DNA of 64,000 nt from Spirochaetia bacterium (GCA_965199955.1 CBDATQ010000003.1:96001-160000); one strand, 5' to 3'. Counted from the first letter of the stretch, positions 36,381-46,911 are shown. Notes: generated by a model not told the origin, from the letters alone. Made by a program: numbers and translations.

Positions 36381-37871
36381 TCAGGCGGACGTGATTCCTT
36401 CGTGCGGCCAGACCAGCACCGGCCGGCGGGCGGCGGTCGCCTCGTCCAGGCGTCCGATCGGCGTCGTGTGCGGAGCGGTGCGCACGAGCTCCGGCGTGTC
36501 GGCCGCCTCCGCCAGGATGGCGCGCATGGCAGCCACGAACTGGTCCAGGGTGGCCTTCGACTCGGTTTCGGTGGGCTCCACCATCAGCGCCTCCGGAACG
36601 ATGAGCGGAAAGTAGATGGTGGGCGGGTGGATGCCGTAGTCGATCAGGCGCTTGGCGATGTCCAGGGCCCGCACCCGGTGCTCCTGCGCCTGGCGGCGGG
36701 CGCTGAAGACCACCTCGTGCTTGCAGACGCGCGGATACGGCACCTCCAGCACGTCGGCCAGCGCGGCCCGCACGTAGTTGGCGGCCACCACCGCCAGCCG
36801 GCTCATCGCGGCCAGCCCGTCGCCGCCCAGCGACCGCAGGTAGGCGTAGCCGCGCACGGCGTTGTTGACGTTGCCGTAGAAGGCGCGCACGCGGCCGATC
36901 GAGTCGGGCCGGTCGTGGTCGTGCCGATACGTGCCTCCGTCGCGGCTCACCACCGGTACCGGCAGGAAGCGCGCCAGCTCTCCGGTGACTGCCGTCGCGC
37001 CCGCTCCCGGACCGCCGCCCCCGTGCGGGACGCTGAAGGTCTTGTGCAGGTTGAAGTGCAGGATGTCGGTGCCCAGGTCGCCCGGCTTGGCCACGCCGAC
37101 CATGGCGTTCATGTTGGCGCCGTCCATGTAGACCAGGCCGCCGGCGTCGTGCACGGCCGCGGCGATGTCCGTGATGCGCTCCACGAACAGCCCCAGCGTG
37201 TTCGGGTTGGTGATCATCAGCCCGGCCACGCTGTCGTCCAGCGCATCCTGAACCGCCGCGAAGTCCAGGTTGCCGTCGGAGCCGGTGGGCACCGTGCGCG
37301 ACCGGTAGCCGGCCATGGCGGCGGTGGCGGGGTTGGTGCCGTGCGCGGAATCGGGCACCAGCATCGTCGTCCGCCGGGAGCCCTGCGCCTCGTGCCAGGC
37401 GCGGATGATGAGCGCGCCGGTCAGCTCGCCATGCGCGCCGGCCGACGGCTGCAGCGACACGCCGGGCAGCCCGGCGATCTCGCCCAGCCACTCCTGCAGC
37501 TCCCAGAGCAGCCGCAGCGCACCCTGCACCGTCGCCTCGTCCTGATAGGGATGGATCTGCGCCAGCCCCGGCAGGTCGGCGATGCGGTCGTTGATCTTGG
37601 GGTTGTACTTCATGGTGCAGGAGCCGAGCGGATAGAAGCCCTGGTCGACCGAGAAGTTGCGGCGCGAGCTGTTGGTGAAGTGGCGCACGACCTCCGGCTC
37701 GGACAGCTCCGGCAGCGGCAGCTCGGCGCGCCGCAACTCCTGCGGCAGCGCGTCTGCGCGCGGCACGTCGAGCGGCGGGATCTGCACGCCGGTACGCCCC
37801 GCGACCGAGCGCTCGAACAGCAGCGGCTGCTCCGGCAGCAGGGCAGCTCCGGACACGCCGGGGGCGCTCAT
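36381..37871 (-). CDS. gcvPB: Glycine dehydrogenase subunit 2
   Basis: YPLGSCTMKYNPK, SAHGTNPA, NLHKTFSVPHGGGGPG, EPTETES. Confidence 0.95.
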   Translation of the reverse strand: MSAPGVSGAALLPEQPLLFERSVAGRTGVQIPPLDVPRADALPQELRRAELPLPELSEPEVVRHFTNSSRRNFSVDQGFYPLGSCTMKYNPKINDRIADLPGLAQIHPYQDEATVQGALRLLWELQEWLGEIAGLPGVSLQPSAGAHGELTGALIIRAWHEAQGSRRTTMLVPDSAHGTNPATAAMAGYRSRTVPTGSDGNLDFAAVQDALDDSVAGLMITNPNTLGLFVERITDIAAAVHDAGGLVYMDGANMNAMVGVAKPGDLGTDILHFNLHKTFSVPHGGGGPGAGATAVTGELARFLPVPVVSRDGGTYRHDHDRPDSIGRVRAFYGNVNNAVRGYAYLRSLGGDGLAAMSRLAVVAANYVRAALADVLEVPYPRVCKHEVVFSARRQAQEHRVRALDIAKRLIDYGIHPPTIYFPLIVPEALMVEPTETESKATLDQFVAAMRAILAEAADTPELVRTAPHTTPIGRLDEATAARRPVLVWPHEGITSA

Positions 37872-39220
37872 GCGACCGCCTCCGCCACGGCTGCCACCAG
37901 CCGGTCGATGTCGGCCCGGCCGTTCAGCTCGGTCGCGGTCAGCAGCCAGCAGCCGTCCAGGCCCAGGTCGAAGCGGCCCAGGTCGAGCCCGCCGACGATG
38001 CCGTGGTCGGCCCAGAGCCGCCGGTTCAGCTCGGCCGGCGGCAGCGGCATGCGCACCGTCAGCTCGCGGAAGAACCGCCCCGAGAAGCGCGCTTCGACCC
38101 CCGGCACGCGGGCGAGCTCGGCGGCCAAGTAGTGGGTGCGATGATAGCACTGGTCGGCGACCTCGCGGAGCCCGGACGGGCCCAGTGCCGCCAGGTAGAT
38201 GGCCACGGCGGTGGCGATCAGCGCCTCGTTGGTGCAGATGTTGCTGGTGGCCTTCTCGCGCCGGATGTCCTGCTCGCGCGGCTTGAGGGTCAGCACGAAT
38301 CCGCGCCGGCCGCGCTCGTCGCGGGCGATGCCCGCCAGGCGGCCCGGCATCTGCCGGACGTTGCGCATGGAGGTGGCCAGCAGGCCCACGTAGGGGCCGC
38401 CGTAGAACAGGGGTATGCCGAGCGGCTGCCCCTCCGCGGTGGCGATGTCGGCGCCCAGCTCGCCGGGCGGGCGCAGCACCGCCTGCGCGACCGGGTCCGC
38501 CGACACCACCGCCAGCGCCCCGGCCGCGTGGGCCCGCTCGCAGAGCTCCGCGACCGGCTCGATCACGCCCAGAAAGTTCGGGTAGGCAAGCAGCACGGCG
38601 GCGATGTGGTCGCCGAGCGCCCGCTCCACCTCGCCGGGATCGGTGCGTCCCGACGCGCGGTCGAACGGGATGGTCACGATACGGAGGCCCAGGCCGGACA
38701 GGTAGGTGGCAAGCACCTCGCGGTACTCGGGATGCACGGCCTCGCTGACCGCGATCGTCTCCCGGCCGCGGCGCAGCCGGGCGGCCATGAGCGCCGCCTC
38801 CGCCAGCGCGGTGGAGCCGTCGTACATCGATGCATTGGCCACGTCCATGCCGAGCAGCCGGGCGACCATCGTCTGAAACTCGAAGATGGTCTGCAGCGTC
38901 CCCTGGCTCACCTCCGGCTGGTACGGGGTGTAGGCGGTGTACAACTCGCTGCGGAACAGCAGGTGCGGGATCACGGCCGGGGTGTAGTGGTGGTACGCGC
39001 CGGCGCCCAGAAAGCAGCTGTGCCGGTCGAGGGCGCTGTTGCGGTCGGCCAGGTCGCGGAAGGCGGCGGCGACTTCCGGCTCGCTCAACCCGTCCGGCAG
39101 GTCGAGCCGGGGAAACCGATGGGCATGCGGGACGTCCGTGAACAGCTCCTCGACGCTGGCGACGCCGATCGCCTGCAGCATCGCGGCGACCTCGGCGTCG
39201 GTGTGCGGGGCGTATTGCAC
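37868..39220 (-). CDS. gcvPA: Glycine dehydrogenase subunit 1
   Basis: FLGAGAY, YTPYQPEVSQG, NASMYDG, REQDIRREKATSNICT. Confidence 0.95.
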   Translation of the reverse strand: MQYAPHTDAEVAAMLQAIGVASVEELFTDVPHAHRFPRLDLPDGLSEPEVAAAFRDLADRNSALDRHSCFLGAGAYHHYTPAVIPHLLFRSELYTAYTPYQPEVSQGTLQTIFEFQTMVARLLGMDVANASMYDGSTALAEAALMAARLRRGRETIAVSEAVHPEYREVLATYLSGLGLRIVTIPFDRASGRTDPGEVERALGDHIAAVLLAYPNFLGVIEPVAELCERAHAAGALAVVSADPVAQAVLRPPGELGADIATAEGQPLGIPLFYGGPYVGLLATSMRNVRQMPGRLAGIARDERGRRGFVLTLKPREQDIRREKATSNICTNEALIATAVAIYLAALGPSGLREVADQCYHRTHYLAAELARVPGVEARFSGRFFRELTVRMPLPPAELNRRLWADHGIVGGLDLGRFDLGLDGCWLLTATELNGRADIDRLVAAVAEAVA

Positions 39221-39227
39221 GGCGGGC

Positions 39228-39617
39228 TCAGGCCGACTGCACGAGTTGCGAGTAGGCCTCCGCGTCCATGAGCTGCGCCTCCTCCGCTTCCGGTCGGCTG
39301 GGGCGGATCGTGACGAGCCAGCCGTCGCCGTACGGCGATTCGTTGACGAGCTGCGGCGCGGACTCCAGGGCACCGTTCACGGCCACCACTTCGCCCGTCA
39401 GGGGGGCGAACAGGTCGCTGGCCGCCTTCACGCTCTCGATCACGCCGAACGGACTGCCCTGCGTGAGCTCGGTCCCCACCTCGGGAAGCTCCACGTAGAC
39501 CACGTCACCGAGCTCGTGCTGTGCGTGGTCGGTAATGCCGATCACGACCCGATCGCCGTCCGGCCGGGTCCATTCGTGCTCGGCGGTGTACCGCAGGTCC
39601 TTGGGGAACTCCATCAT
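39228..39617 (-). CDS. gcvH: Glycine cleavage system H protein
   Basis: HEW, GITDHAQ..LGD, ESVKAAS lipoyl-Lys. Confidence 0.96.
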   Translation of the reverse strand: MMEFPKDLRYTAEHEWTRPDGDRVVIGITDHAQHELGDVVYVELPEVGTELTQGSPFGVIESVKAASDLFAPLTGEVVAVNGALESAPQLVNESPYGDGWLVTIRPSRPEAEEAQLMDAEAYSQLVQSA

Positions 39618-39626
39618 CGCTTCCTC

Positions 39627-40763
39627 TTACTCGGGCTTCCGCCTGTAAAATGGGCGCTGAACGACGGTGGCGGCCACCGGGCGGTCCCGGATGATCACGG
39701 CCAGGTCGCCGCCCACCACCGCGTGATCGCGCGCCACCAGCCCCATGGCCACGCTCCGCTCCAGCCACGGCGCATAGCCGCCGCTGGTCACGGTTCCGGC
39801 CGGCTCCCCGCGGGCGGTGGTGATCGTGAACCCCGCTCGGGCGATCGCGCGTCCATCGACCTGCAGGCAGGCCAGACGCCGCGCCACGCCCGCGGCTCGC
39901 CGGGCGGCGATGGCGGACGCGCCGACGTAGGTGTCGCCCTTCGACACGAACCGGCCGAGCCCGACCTCCAGCGGCGACACCTCGCGCGTGAGCTCGTGCC
40001 CGTACAGCGGGAACGACGCCTCCAGCCGCAACGTGTCGCGCGCCCCGAGCCCCGCCGGCTGCACGCCGGCGGAGGCGCCCGCTTCCAGCAGCGCCGTCCA
40101 CAGCGCCTCCGTGCGGTCGGCGGCGACGAACACCTCGAACCCGTCCTCGCCCGTGTAGCCGGTGCGCGCCACCAGCGCCGCCGCGCCGGCCACTTCGGTA
40201 TCCCGGCAGCGATAGATGCCGATGGCGGCAAGGTCGGTGGCGGCAACGCCCTGCAGGATCGCCTCCGCCCGCGGTCCCTGGATGGCGATCAGTCCCAACT
40301 CCGCGCTCCGGTCGCGCAGCTCGACGCCGCGCATGCCGGCGGCGACCCCGCGCGCGTGCTCGACCACCACGTCCGTGTTGGCGGCGTTGACCACGACGCG
40401 GTACCCGTCGTCCGCGAATCGGCCGCCAGGGCGGTAGACGATCACGTCGTCGATGACCCCGCCGGCATCATCGAGGATCAGCGAGTAGCGAGCCGCGCCG
40501 ACCGCCAGCCGCCCGACGTCCAGGCAGGCCAGCCGGGCGACGCAGGCGGCGGCTCCGGGGCCGGCCACGTCGATTTCTCCCATGTGGCTGACGTCGAACA
40601 GGCCGGCCGCCGTGCGCACCGCGCGGTGCTCGGCGACGATCCCGGCGTACTGCACGGGCATGCTCCAGCCGGCGAACGGCACCATGCGCGCGCCCAGCCG
40701 TTCGTGGGCCGCATGCAGCGGGGTGCGAAGCAGCAGCGCCTGCGGAACGGTCTCTCTCGTCAT
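39627..40763 (-). CDS. gcvT: Glycine cleavage system aminomethyltransferase T
   Basis: FAGWSMPVQY, FDVSHMG, RTGYTGEDGFE, GLGARDTLRLE. Confidence 0.95.
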   Translation of the reverse strand: MTRETVPQALLLRTPLHAAHERLGARMVPFAGWSMPVQYAGIVAEHRAVRTAAGLFDVSHMGEIDVAGPGAAACVARLACLDVGRLAVGAARYSLILDDAGGVIDDVIVYRPGGRFADDGYRVVVNAANTDVVVEHARGVAAGMRGVELRDRSAELGLIAIQGPRAEAILQGVAATDLAAIGIYRCRDTEVAGAAALVARTGYTGEDGFEVFVAADRTEALWTALLEAGASAGVQPAGLGARDTLRLEASFPLYGHELTREVSPLEVGLGRFVSKGDTYVGASAIAARRAAGVARRLACLQVDGRAIARAGFTITTARGEPAGTVTSGGYAPWLERSVAMGLVARDHAVVGGDLAVIIRDRPVAATVVQRPFYRRKPE

Positions 40764-40833
40764 CGGCGGTACGAACGTACCAGTCTGACGGCCCTGCCGG
40801 ACAGACCTTACCGGCCGCGCCGCCCCGCGGGCC

Positions 40834-41610
40834 TCACAGCAGCGCCAGGAAGCCGCCGTCCACGTACAGCACGTGGCCGTTGACGAAGCTGGAGGCGTCC
40901 GAGGCCAGGAACACCGCCGGGCCCACCAGCTCGGTGGTGTCCCCCCAGCGGCCGGCCGGCGTGCGCTCGCGCAGCCAGGCGTTGAACGCCGGATCGTCGG
41001 CGAGCGGCTGGGTCATCTCCGTGACGAAGTAGCCGGGGCCAATGCCGTTGGCCTGCACCCCGTGCGGACCCCACTCCACCGCCATCGCCCGCGTCAGCAT
41101 CTGCAGTCCACCCTTGGCGGCCCCGTACGCGGCGGTGCCGAGCCGGGCACGCTCGCTGATCAGCGAGCAGGTGTTGATGATCTTGCCGCGGCCCCGCTCG
41201 CACATGCCGCGCGCGACCCGCCGGCCGACCAGGAAGGGCGCCGTGAGATCGGTGTCGATCACCTCCTGCCAGGCGGCGGAGTCCAGCTCGACCATCGGCG
41301 CGCGCCGCGTCATGCCGGCGTTGTTGACCAGGATCTCGATCGGCCCGATGGACCGCTCGACGGCGCCGATCGCCTCGTCCCCCGCCTGCTCGTCGCGGGT
41401 GTCGAAGGGGCAGGCGTTGGCCTCGATCCCGTCCGCGCGCAGCCCTTCGATCATCTGATCGACGCGGTCGAGCCGGCGGCCGTTGACCAGCACGTGGGCG
41501 CCCGCCTCGCCCAGGCCGCGCGCCAGCGCGGCGCCGATGCCGGAGGTCGAGCCGGTGACCAGGGCGAGCCTGCCGTCGAGCCGAAAGTCGTTCGCCGTCA
41601 TGAGGCGCAT
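40834..41610 (-). CDS. SDR oxidoreductase, gluconate 5-dehydrogenase-like
   Basis: TGSTSGIG, NNAG, YGAAKGG, GPGYF, RTPAGRWG. Confidence 0.85.
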   Translation of the reverse strand: MRLMTANDFRLDGRLALVTGSTSGIGAALARGLGEAGAHVLVNGRRLDRVDQMIEGLRADGIEANACPFDTRDEQAGDEAIGAVERSIGPIEILVNNAGMTRRAPMVELDSAAWQEVIDTDLTAPFLVGRRVARGMCERGRGKIINTCSLISERARLGTAAYGAAKGGLQMLTRAMAVEWGPHGVQANGIGPGYFVTEMTQPLADDPAFNAWLRERTPAGRWGDTTELVGPAVFLASDASSFVNGHVLYVDGGFLALL

Positions 41611-41669
41611 GGTAGCCTTGGCGCCGGGATTGAAACACCGCCAGGCGCCGGTCCCTATACTCCCGCTCC

Positions 41670-42560
41670 ATGACAGCGTGGACGCGGATGGGAGTGGTGC
41701 TGGCCGGATTGATCGTGGTGGCCCTGGGTGCCACAGGCGAGAGGGCCCTCCGGCCGGTCGTCTACGACGTCACGGTGGCGCGCCTGGAGCACTACCGCGA
41801 CGCGGATCTGCGGCAGATGACTCCGGCCATGGTGACGCGCCACGTGGACGGCGACACCTTCGAGGTCGCGATCGCCGACCCGGCCTACGGCATGCGCGCG
41901 GTTGAGCGCGTGCGCCTCATGGGCATCGACACCCCCGAGCGGGACGAGCCGCTGTTCGCGGAAGCGCGTGCGCACGTGGAACGGAGGGCTGGAGCCGGAC
42001 CGGTGTACCTGGCGTTCGATTTCCGGCGGCGTGACCAGTTCGACCGCCTGCTGGCGTTCGTCTATTTGCCGGACGGCACGCTGCTGAACGCCGAGCTGAT
42101 CGAGACCGGGCTCGCCGCCGTCTATCGCGGCGATGACCTGATGTACTTCCTGCCCCAGTTCGAGGACCTGGAGCGGGAAGCCCGATCGCGGGAGCTCGGC
42201 GTGTGGCGGGGCAAGGCCCGCGCGGGCGTGATCATCGTGGATGTCGCCAATCAGAGCCGCCACGAGCATGTGCTCCTCCGCAATGACGGGTCGGGCCCTG
42301 TTGACATCTCCGGGTGGTGGATCTGTGATGACGACGGCGATCGGTTGGCGATTCCGGCCGAAGTCGTGCTGGCGCCCGGCGACACACTGGCCGTGGGCAG
42401 CGGCGCGGGCTGCGTGGACACCCATCACCCCTGCCTGCGCGTTTCGAAGAAGAACATCTGGGGCAACCCCGGCGATGTCGCGTGCCTCAAGGATCGCTCC
42501 GGGAACGTCGTCGATGCCGCAGCGTACGGGAACCAGGCCGGTGACACCTGCCCGTCCTGA
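41670..42560 (+). CDS. Secreted thermonuclease (SNase) fused to a lamin-tail domain
   Basis: Signal/TM; VDGDT, VRLMGIDTPE, DRLLAFV; EHVLLRN..VDISGW..IWGNPGD. Confidence 0.82.
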   Translation: MTAWTRMGVVLAGLIVVALGATGERALRPVVYDVTVARLEHYRDADLRQMTPAMVTRHVDGDTFEVAIADPAYGMRAVERVRLMGIDTPERDEPLFAEARAHVERRAGAGPVYLAFDFRRRDQFDRLLAFVYLPDGTLLNAELIETGLAAVYRGDDLMYFLPQFEDLEREARSRELGVWRGKARAGVIIVDVANQSRHEHVLLRNDGSGPVDISGWWICDDDGDRLAIPAEVVLAPGDTLAVGSGAGCVDTHHPCLRVSKKNIWGNPGDVACLKDRSGNVVDAAAYGNQAGDTCPS

Positions 42561-42589
42561 CGGCACGCCGTCCGATTGACGACTCCGAT

Positions 42590-42618
42590 TTGACGGCCCT
42601 GCGGGCCGAACCTACCTT
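42590..42618 (+). promoter_or_regulatory. sigma70-like promoter, probably leaderless
   Basis: TTGACG-17 bp-TACCTT ending 6 nt before GTG 42625; the -10 sits inside GGCCGAA/TTCGGCC palindrome. Confidence 0.5.
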
Positions 42619-42624
42619 CGGCCG

Positions 42625-44868
42625 GTGAGCACCGCGGAGCCACCGCCCGAGCGCCGCGTGCTCAGCCCCGCGCAGCGGATCGCCGCGCAGCGCACCTTTC
42701 ACATCTTCACCCTGTTCAACGTCTGCTCGTTCCAGTGCCTGTCGGGCAACCTGATCACCCTGTTCGGGCTCCGGGTCGGGCTGGGCAGCGTGATGATCGG
42801 CGTGTTGTTCGCCGTCATCCCGCTGTCGCAGTTCATGCCGCTCATCGGCCGGCTGTTCGTCACCCGGCTCGGCAACGTGCGCTCCATGGGCCTGTTCTGG
42901 AGCGCACGCTCCATCATGGCGGCGCCGCTGCTGGTGGTGGCGCTGTTCGCGGGCGCGGGGCAGACCACCGTGGCGGTGGCGCTGCTGTTCATCGGCGTGC
43001 TGGGCTTCAACCTGGCGCGCGGAGCCGGCATGGCCGGCATGCAGCCGGTCATCGGCCACCTGACCACGCCGCAGGACCGCGGCCTGTTCATGTCGCGGAT
43101 GCAGCTCATCATCCACGCCGTGATCATCGTGACCGGCCTGCTGATGGGCCTGGTCCTGGACCGGGAGTCGCCGCTGGCGGTGTTCACGGTCATCCTGGCG
43201 GTGGGGGTGGCGGCCGGCGTCATCGCCACCTTCTCCGTGTTCCGCCTGCCGGAACCGCCGCGCGAGGAGCGCTCCGGACCGCTCCTGCTGGCCGCGGCCG
43301 AGGCGCTGCGCGGCGCCACCATGCGCCGCTTCCTGATCCTGATCCTGGCGGTGTTCGCCGGCTCCTTCATGGTCAGCCCGTTCTTCATCGTGTTCCTGCG
43401 GCAGGTCTACGGCATGGGCGACAACTCGATCATGCTGGTGACGGTGGTCGGCTCCGTCGGCGCCATCGTCATGGCCCTGCTCAGCGGCCTGATGACCGAC
43501 CGCATCGGCGCCCAGCCGCTGCTGGTGCTGTCGGCGGCCGCGATCGCGGTGGTGATGCTGCCGCTGGTGGTGGCGCCTCCCCTGCCCGCGACCGCGGCAT
43601 GGATCTACGGCGCGGCGGCGTTCTTCGTCTTCATGCTGGGCGCCAGCGGGCTGCAGAGCGCCTCCACCGTCTACTTCCTGTCGATCGGCAAGCCATCCGA
43701 GCGGCTCAACCTGGGCATCCTGTACATGCTCGCCACCGGGCTGGGCGGCACGCTGGGCTCGCTGGCCGGCGGCGCGCTGCTGGACCTGCTGGGGGGCGCG
43801 CTGGGGGTGACCGGTTCGTTCCGCGCCTACTTCGCGTTGGTGACAGTGCTGTTCGCGGCCATCGTCGTCGGCATGGGCGGGCTGGAGCGGCTGGGTGCCT
43901 ACCGCGCGCGCGACGTGCTGTCGATGATGTTCTCCATCCGCGACCTGCGCGCGCTGGGGTTGCTCAACCGGCTGCAACGGGTGCGCAGCCCGTTCGAGGA
44001 GGAGCAGCTCATCCAGGAGCTCGGCTCGTCGCGCTCGCGCGTGACCGCCCGCGACCTGGTGCGCAAGCTGTCCTCACCGCGCTTCGCGGTGCGTGCGGAA
44101 GCGCTGACGGCGCTCAGCACGGCCGACACGCGCGAGGACTTGGCCCCGGCCCTGATCAACGAGCTGCGCAACCACGACTTCACCACCGCCTACCTCGCCG
44201 CGAACGTGGCCGGGCAGAAGGGCGTCACGGAGGCGATCCCGGCCCTGCGGGAGAGCCTGGACTCCCGCGATTTCTTCCTGGCCGGCAAGGCGATGGTGGC
44301 CCTGGGGCGGCTCGGCGACCGGCCGAGCGTCGGACGGATCGAGCAGCTCCTGGCCGACACCGAGAACCCGCGCCTGATCATCCACGCGGCCACCGCCCTG
44401 GAGCTGTTCGGCAGCGCGACCTCGGTCCCGGTCCTCATCGCCAAGCTGAGCCGCCGGTTCGCCCCCTACGTGCGCGACGAGCTGATCCTGGCAATCGCCG
44501 CGATCCTGGGGGCGGGCAGCTTCCTGTACCCCCACTACCGGAGTTTCCTGGACGACGCCGCGGCCGGGCTGGACAGCCTGCGCGACGAGCTGACTCAGAA
44601 TCGGCGTTCGCGGACGCCGCGCGAGCAGGTGGTTAAGATGCTGGACCTGATGGGCGAAGATCATGCGCGCTTCGCGAAGGCCGCCCGTGCACTGCTGGCC
44701 AAGCTGTCCGGCGCGGCGCTCGATGCGCCGGCGGCCGAGCAGCTCGCCGGCGGCCTGGCCGACCGCGAGATCCGGAGCCTGGACCGGTACCGCTTCCTGG
44801 TCGCGGCGGTCGTCACCTGGGCGGTCGTCCGGGATCCGCCGCCGGCAGCCAGGCGGTCATCGGGATGA
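42625..44868 (+). CDS. MFS transporter with C-terminal HEAT repeats
   Basis: Multi-TM region incl. GLMTDRIG; then VRAEALTAL, AIPALRESL, AMVALGRLG repeats. Confidence 0.8.
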   Translation: MSTAEPPPERRVLSPAQRIAAQRTFHIFTLFNVCSFQCLSGNLITLFGLRVGLGSVMIGVLFAVIPLSQFMPLIGRLFVTRLGNVRSMGLFWSARSIMAAPLLVVALFAGAGQTTVAVALLFIGVLGFNLARGAGMAGMQPVIGHLTTPQDRGLFMSRMQLIIHAVIIVTGLLMGLVLDRESPLAVFTVILAVGVAAGVIATFSVFRLPEPPREERSGPLLLAAAEALRGATMRRFLILILAVFAGSFMVSPFFIVFLRQVYGMGDNSIMLVTVVGSVGAIVMALLSGLMTDRIGAQPLLVLSAAAIAVVMLPLVVAPPLPATAAWIYGAAAFFVFMLGASGLQSASTVYFLSIGKPSERLNLGILYMLATGLGGTLGSLAGGALLDLLGGALGVTGSFRAYFALVTVLFAAIVVGMGGLERLGAYRARDVLSMMFSIRDLRALGLLNRLQRVRSPFEEEQLIQELGSSRSRVTARDLVRKLSSPRFAVRAEALTALSTADTREDLAPALINELRNHDFTTAYLAANVAGQKGVTEAIPALRESLDSRDFFLAGKAMVALGRLGDRPSVGRIEQLLADTENPRLIIHAATALELFGSATSVPVLIAKLSRRFAPYVRDELILAIAAILGAGSFLYPHYRSFLDDAAAGLDSLRDELTQNRRSRTPREQVVKMLDLMGEDHARFAKAARALLAKLSGAALDAPAAEQLAGGLADREIRSLDRYRFLVAAVVTWAVVRDPPPAARRSSG

Positions 44869-44878
44869 GCCGCTGCCC

Positions 44879-46876
44879 ATGAGCGAATCCGCTCCCGACT
44901 CGACGGCTCCGCCGCCCTCGCGTGCGGCGCGCATCGAGGACGGCGCGGTGATCGTCGCGCTGCTGCTGCTGGCGGTCATCCCTACCGCGCAGGTCATCGC
45001 CCGCCTGCTGTTCGATGCCGCTCTCACCGCCGCTTCCGGTTACGTCAGGCACCTGGTGGTGTGGGGGGCCTGCCTGACCGGCATCGTCGCCACGCGTGAG
45101 CGGCAGCACCTGTCGCTGAGCGCCGGCCTGCCGAAGCTGCCCGCCCCGTACGATCGCTGGACGGCGGTCGCCGCCACGGCCATCACCGTGGCCGTCACCA
45201 CCGGCATCGCCGTCAGCGCGGCGTCGCTGACGCTGGTGGGCTTCGGTGGGTACGAACGAGTCGGGGCGTTCCCCAAGCGGGCGGTGCTGGCGATCCTGCC
45301 GGTCGGCTTCGGGCTCATGGCGCTGCGCATGGTGCTGGCCGCCGCCCGGTCGCAGGAGGAGGGCCGTTCGGGACGGGCGGGGACCGTGGCCGGCGTGCTC
45401 GGCATCGCGCTCGGCGTGACTCTGTCGACGCAGCCGCTGTCCAACCTGATCGTCACCCTCTCCTGGGAGACCGGCGCGGGGTTGCCGTCGGCGATCGAAA
45501 CCGCCCTCCTTGACGGTGCAGACGCCGTCAACGGCGCGCTGCGGTCGCTGCGGCTGCCCCTGCTGATCCTCATGATCGTCTCGACGGTGGCGGGCGTGCC
45601 GATCTTCGCCGTGCTGGGCGGCATCGCCCTGTTGATGTTCGCGTCCAACGGCGTGCTGGAGACCGTCCCCGGAGAGGCGTACACGATGCTCATCGGCGTG
45701 CACGTGCCGGCGCTGCCGCTGTTCGCGCTGTCCGGCTTCCTGCTCTCGGAGAGCGGCGCCGGAGCGCGCCTCGTGCGGCTGTGCACGGCCCTGTTCTCCC
45801 GCTACCGCGGCGGCCTGATCATCGCCGCGACGCTGATCTGCGCCTACTTCACCACCTTCACGGGCGCCTCCGGCGTGACCATCCTGGCCGTCGGCGGCCT
45901 GCTGGCGGCTCTGCTGGCGGAGAACGGGTTTCGCAAGGACCTGTCCACCGGCCTGCTGACCGCCTCCGGCAGCATCGGCCTGCTGTTCCCGCCCAGCCTG
46001 CCCATCATCATGTACGGCGTCGTCAGCCAGAACAACATCAAGGCGATGTTCGCCGGCGGCGTCGGACCCGGCATTCTCATGGTGTTCGCCCTGATCGCCT
46101 TCGCGCTGGTGCGCGCCCGCACGGCCCGCCGCTCCGCCGGCGCGCCGGTGCCGGGCGCGGCCACGGCCGGCGGCCCGGGAGCCCCCGTGCCGCTGCGGGA
46201 CGTCGGGCGCGCGCTGCGGCACGCCGGCTGGGAGGTGGCGCTGCCGGTGATCATCCTGGGCCTGCTGTTCGTCGGCGTCACCAACCTGGTGGAGACGGCC
46301 GCGATCGCCGTGATCTACCTGCTGGTCGTGCAGATGCTGATCCATCGCGACCTGTCCGTGCGCGACCTGCCCCGCCTGTTCGCCAGGGCCGCGCCCATCA
46401 TCGGCGGCATCCTGGTCATCCTGGGAGTGGCCAAGGCGCTGTCGTTCGCGATCGTGGACGCGCAGGTGCCGCAGGCGCTGGTGCAGTGGTTCTCCGACCA
46501 CGTGCGCTCGCCCTACGTGTTCCTGATCCTGCTCAACCTGGCGCTGCTGATCGCCGGCTGCCTGATGGACATCTTCTCGGCGATCGTCGTGCTGGTGCCG
46601 CTGCTGACCCCGATCGCGGAGTCCTACGGGATAGACCCCGTGCACCTGGGGATCATCTTTCTGGCCAACCTGGAGCTCGGCTACCTGACCCCGCCGGTCG
46701 GCCTGAACCTGTTCCTGGCCTCCTACCGGTTCGAGATTCCACTCGCGAAGCTGTACCGCACCACCCTCCCGTTCCTGGCGATCCTGCTGGTGTCGGTGCT
46801 GGTGATCACCTACGTGCCGCCCCTCACCACCACGCTGGTCAACCTGCTGGGTCTGTCCGGCGGTGCGGTGAATTGA
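44879..46876 (+). CDS. Fused TRAP transporter small+large permease (DctQM)
   Basis: ERQHL DctQ motif; ALPLFALSG, GSIGLLFPPS, LTPPVGLNLF DctM motifs. Confidence 0.88.
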   Translation: MSESAPDSTAPPPSRAARIEDGAVIVALLLLAVIPTAQVIARLLFDAALTAASGYVRHLVVWGACLTGIVATRERQHLSLSAGLPKLPAPYDRWTAVAATAITVAVTTGIAVSAASLTLVGFGGYERVGAFPKRAVLAILPVGFGLMALRMVLAAARSQEEGRSGRAGTVAGVLGIALGVTLSTQPLSNLIVTLSWETGAGLPSAIETALLDGADAVNGALRSLRLPLLILMIVSTVAGVPIFAVLGGIALLMFASNGVLETVPGEAYTMLIGVHVPALPLFALSGFLLSESGAGARLVRLCTALFSRYRGGLIIAATLICAYFTTFTGASGVTILAVGGLLAALLAENGFRKDLSTGLLTASGSIGLLFPPSLPIIMYGVVSQNNIKAMFAGGVGPGILMVFALIAFALVRARTARRSAGAPVPGAATAGGPGAPVPLRDVGRALRHAGWEVALPVIILGLLFVGVTNLVETAAIAVIYLLVVQMLIHRDLSVRDLPRLFARAAPIIGGILVILGVAKALSFAIVDAQVPQALVQWFSDHVRSPYVFLILLNLALLIAGCLMDIFSAIVVLVPLLTPIAESYGIDPVHLGIIFLANLELGYLTPPVGLNLFLASYRFEIPLAKLYRTTLPFLAILLVSVLVITYVPPLTTTLVNLLGLSGGAVN

Positions 46877-46911
46877 CGCACCCGGTACCTCACGCGACCA
46901 TGCTCAAAATC

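Noticed and set aside
40764..40833. Glycine riboswitch upstream of gcvT
   Set aside because: The intergenic space is about 70 nt and I see no aptamer consensus.
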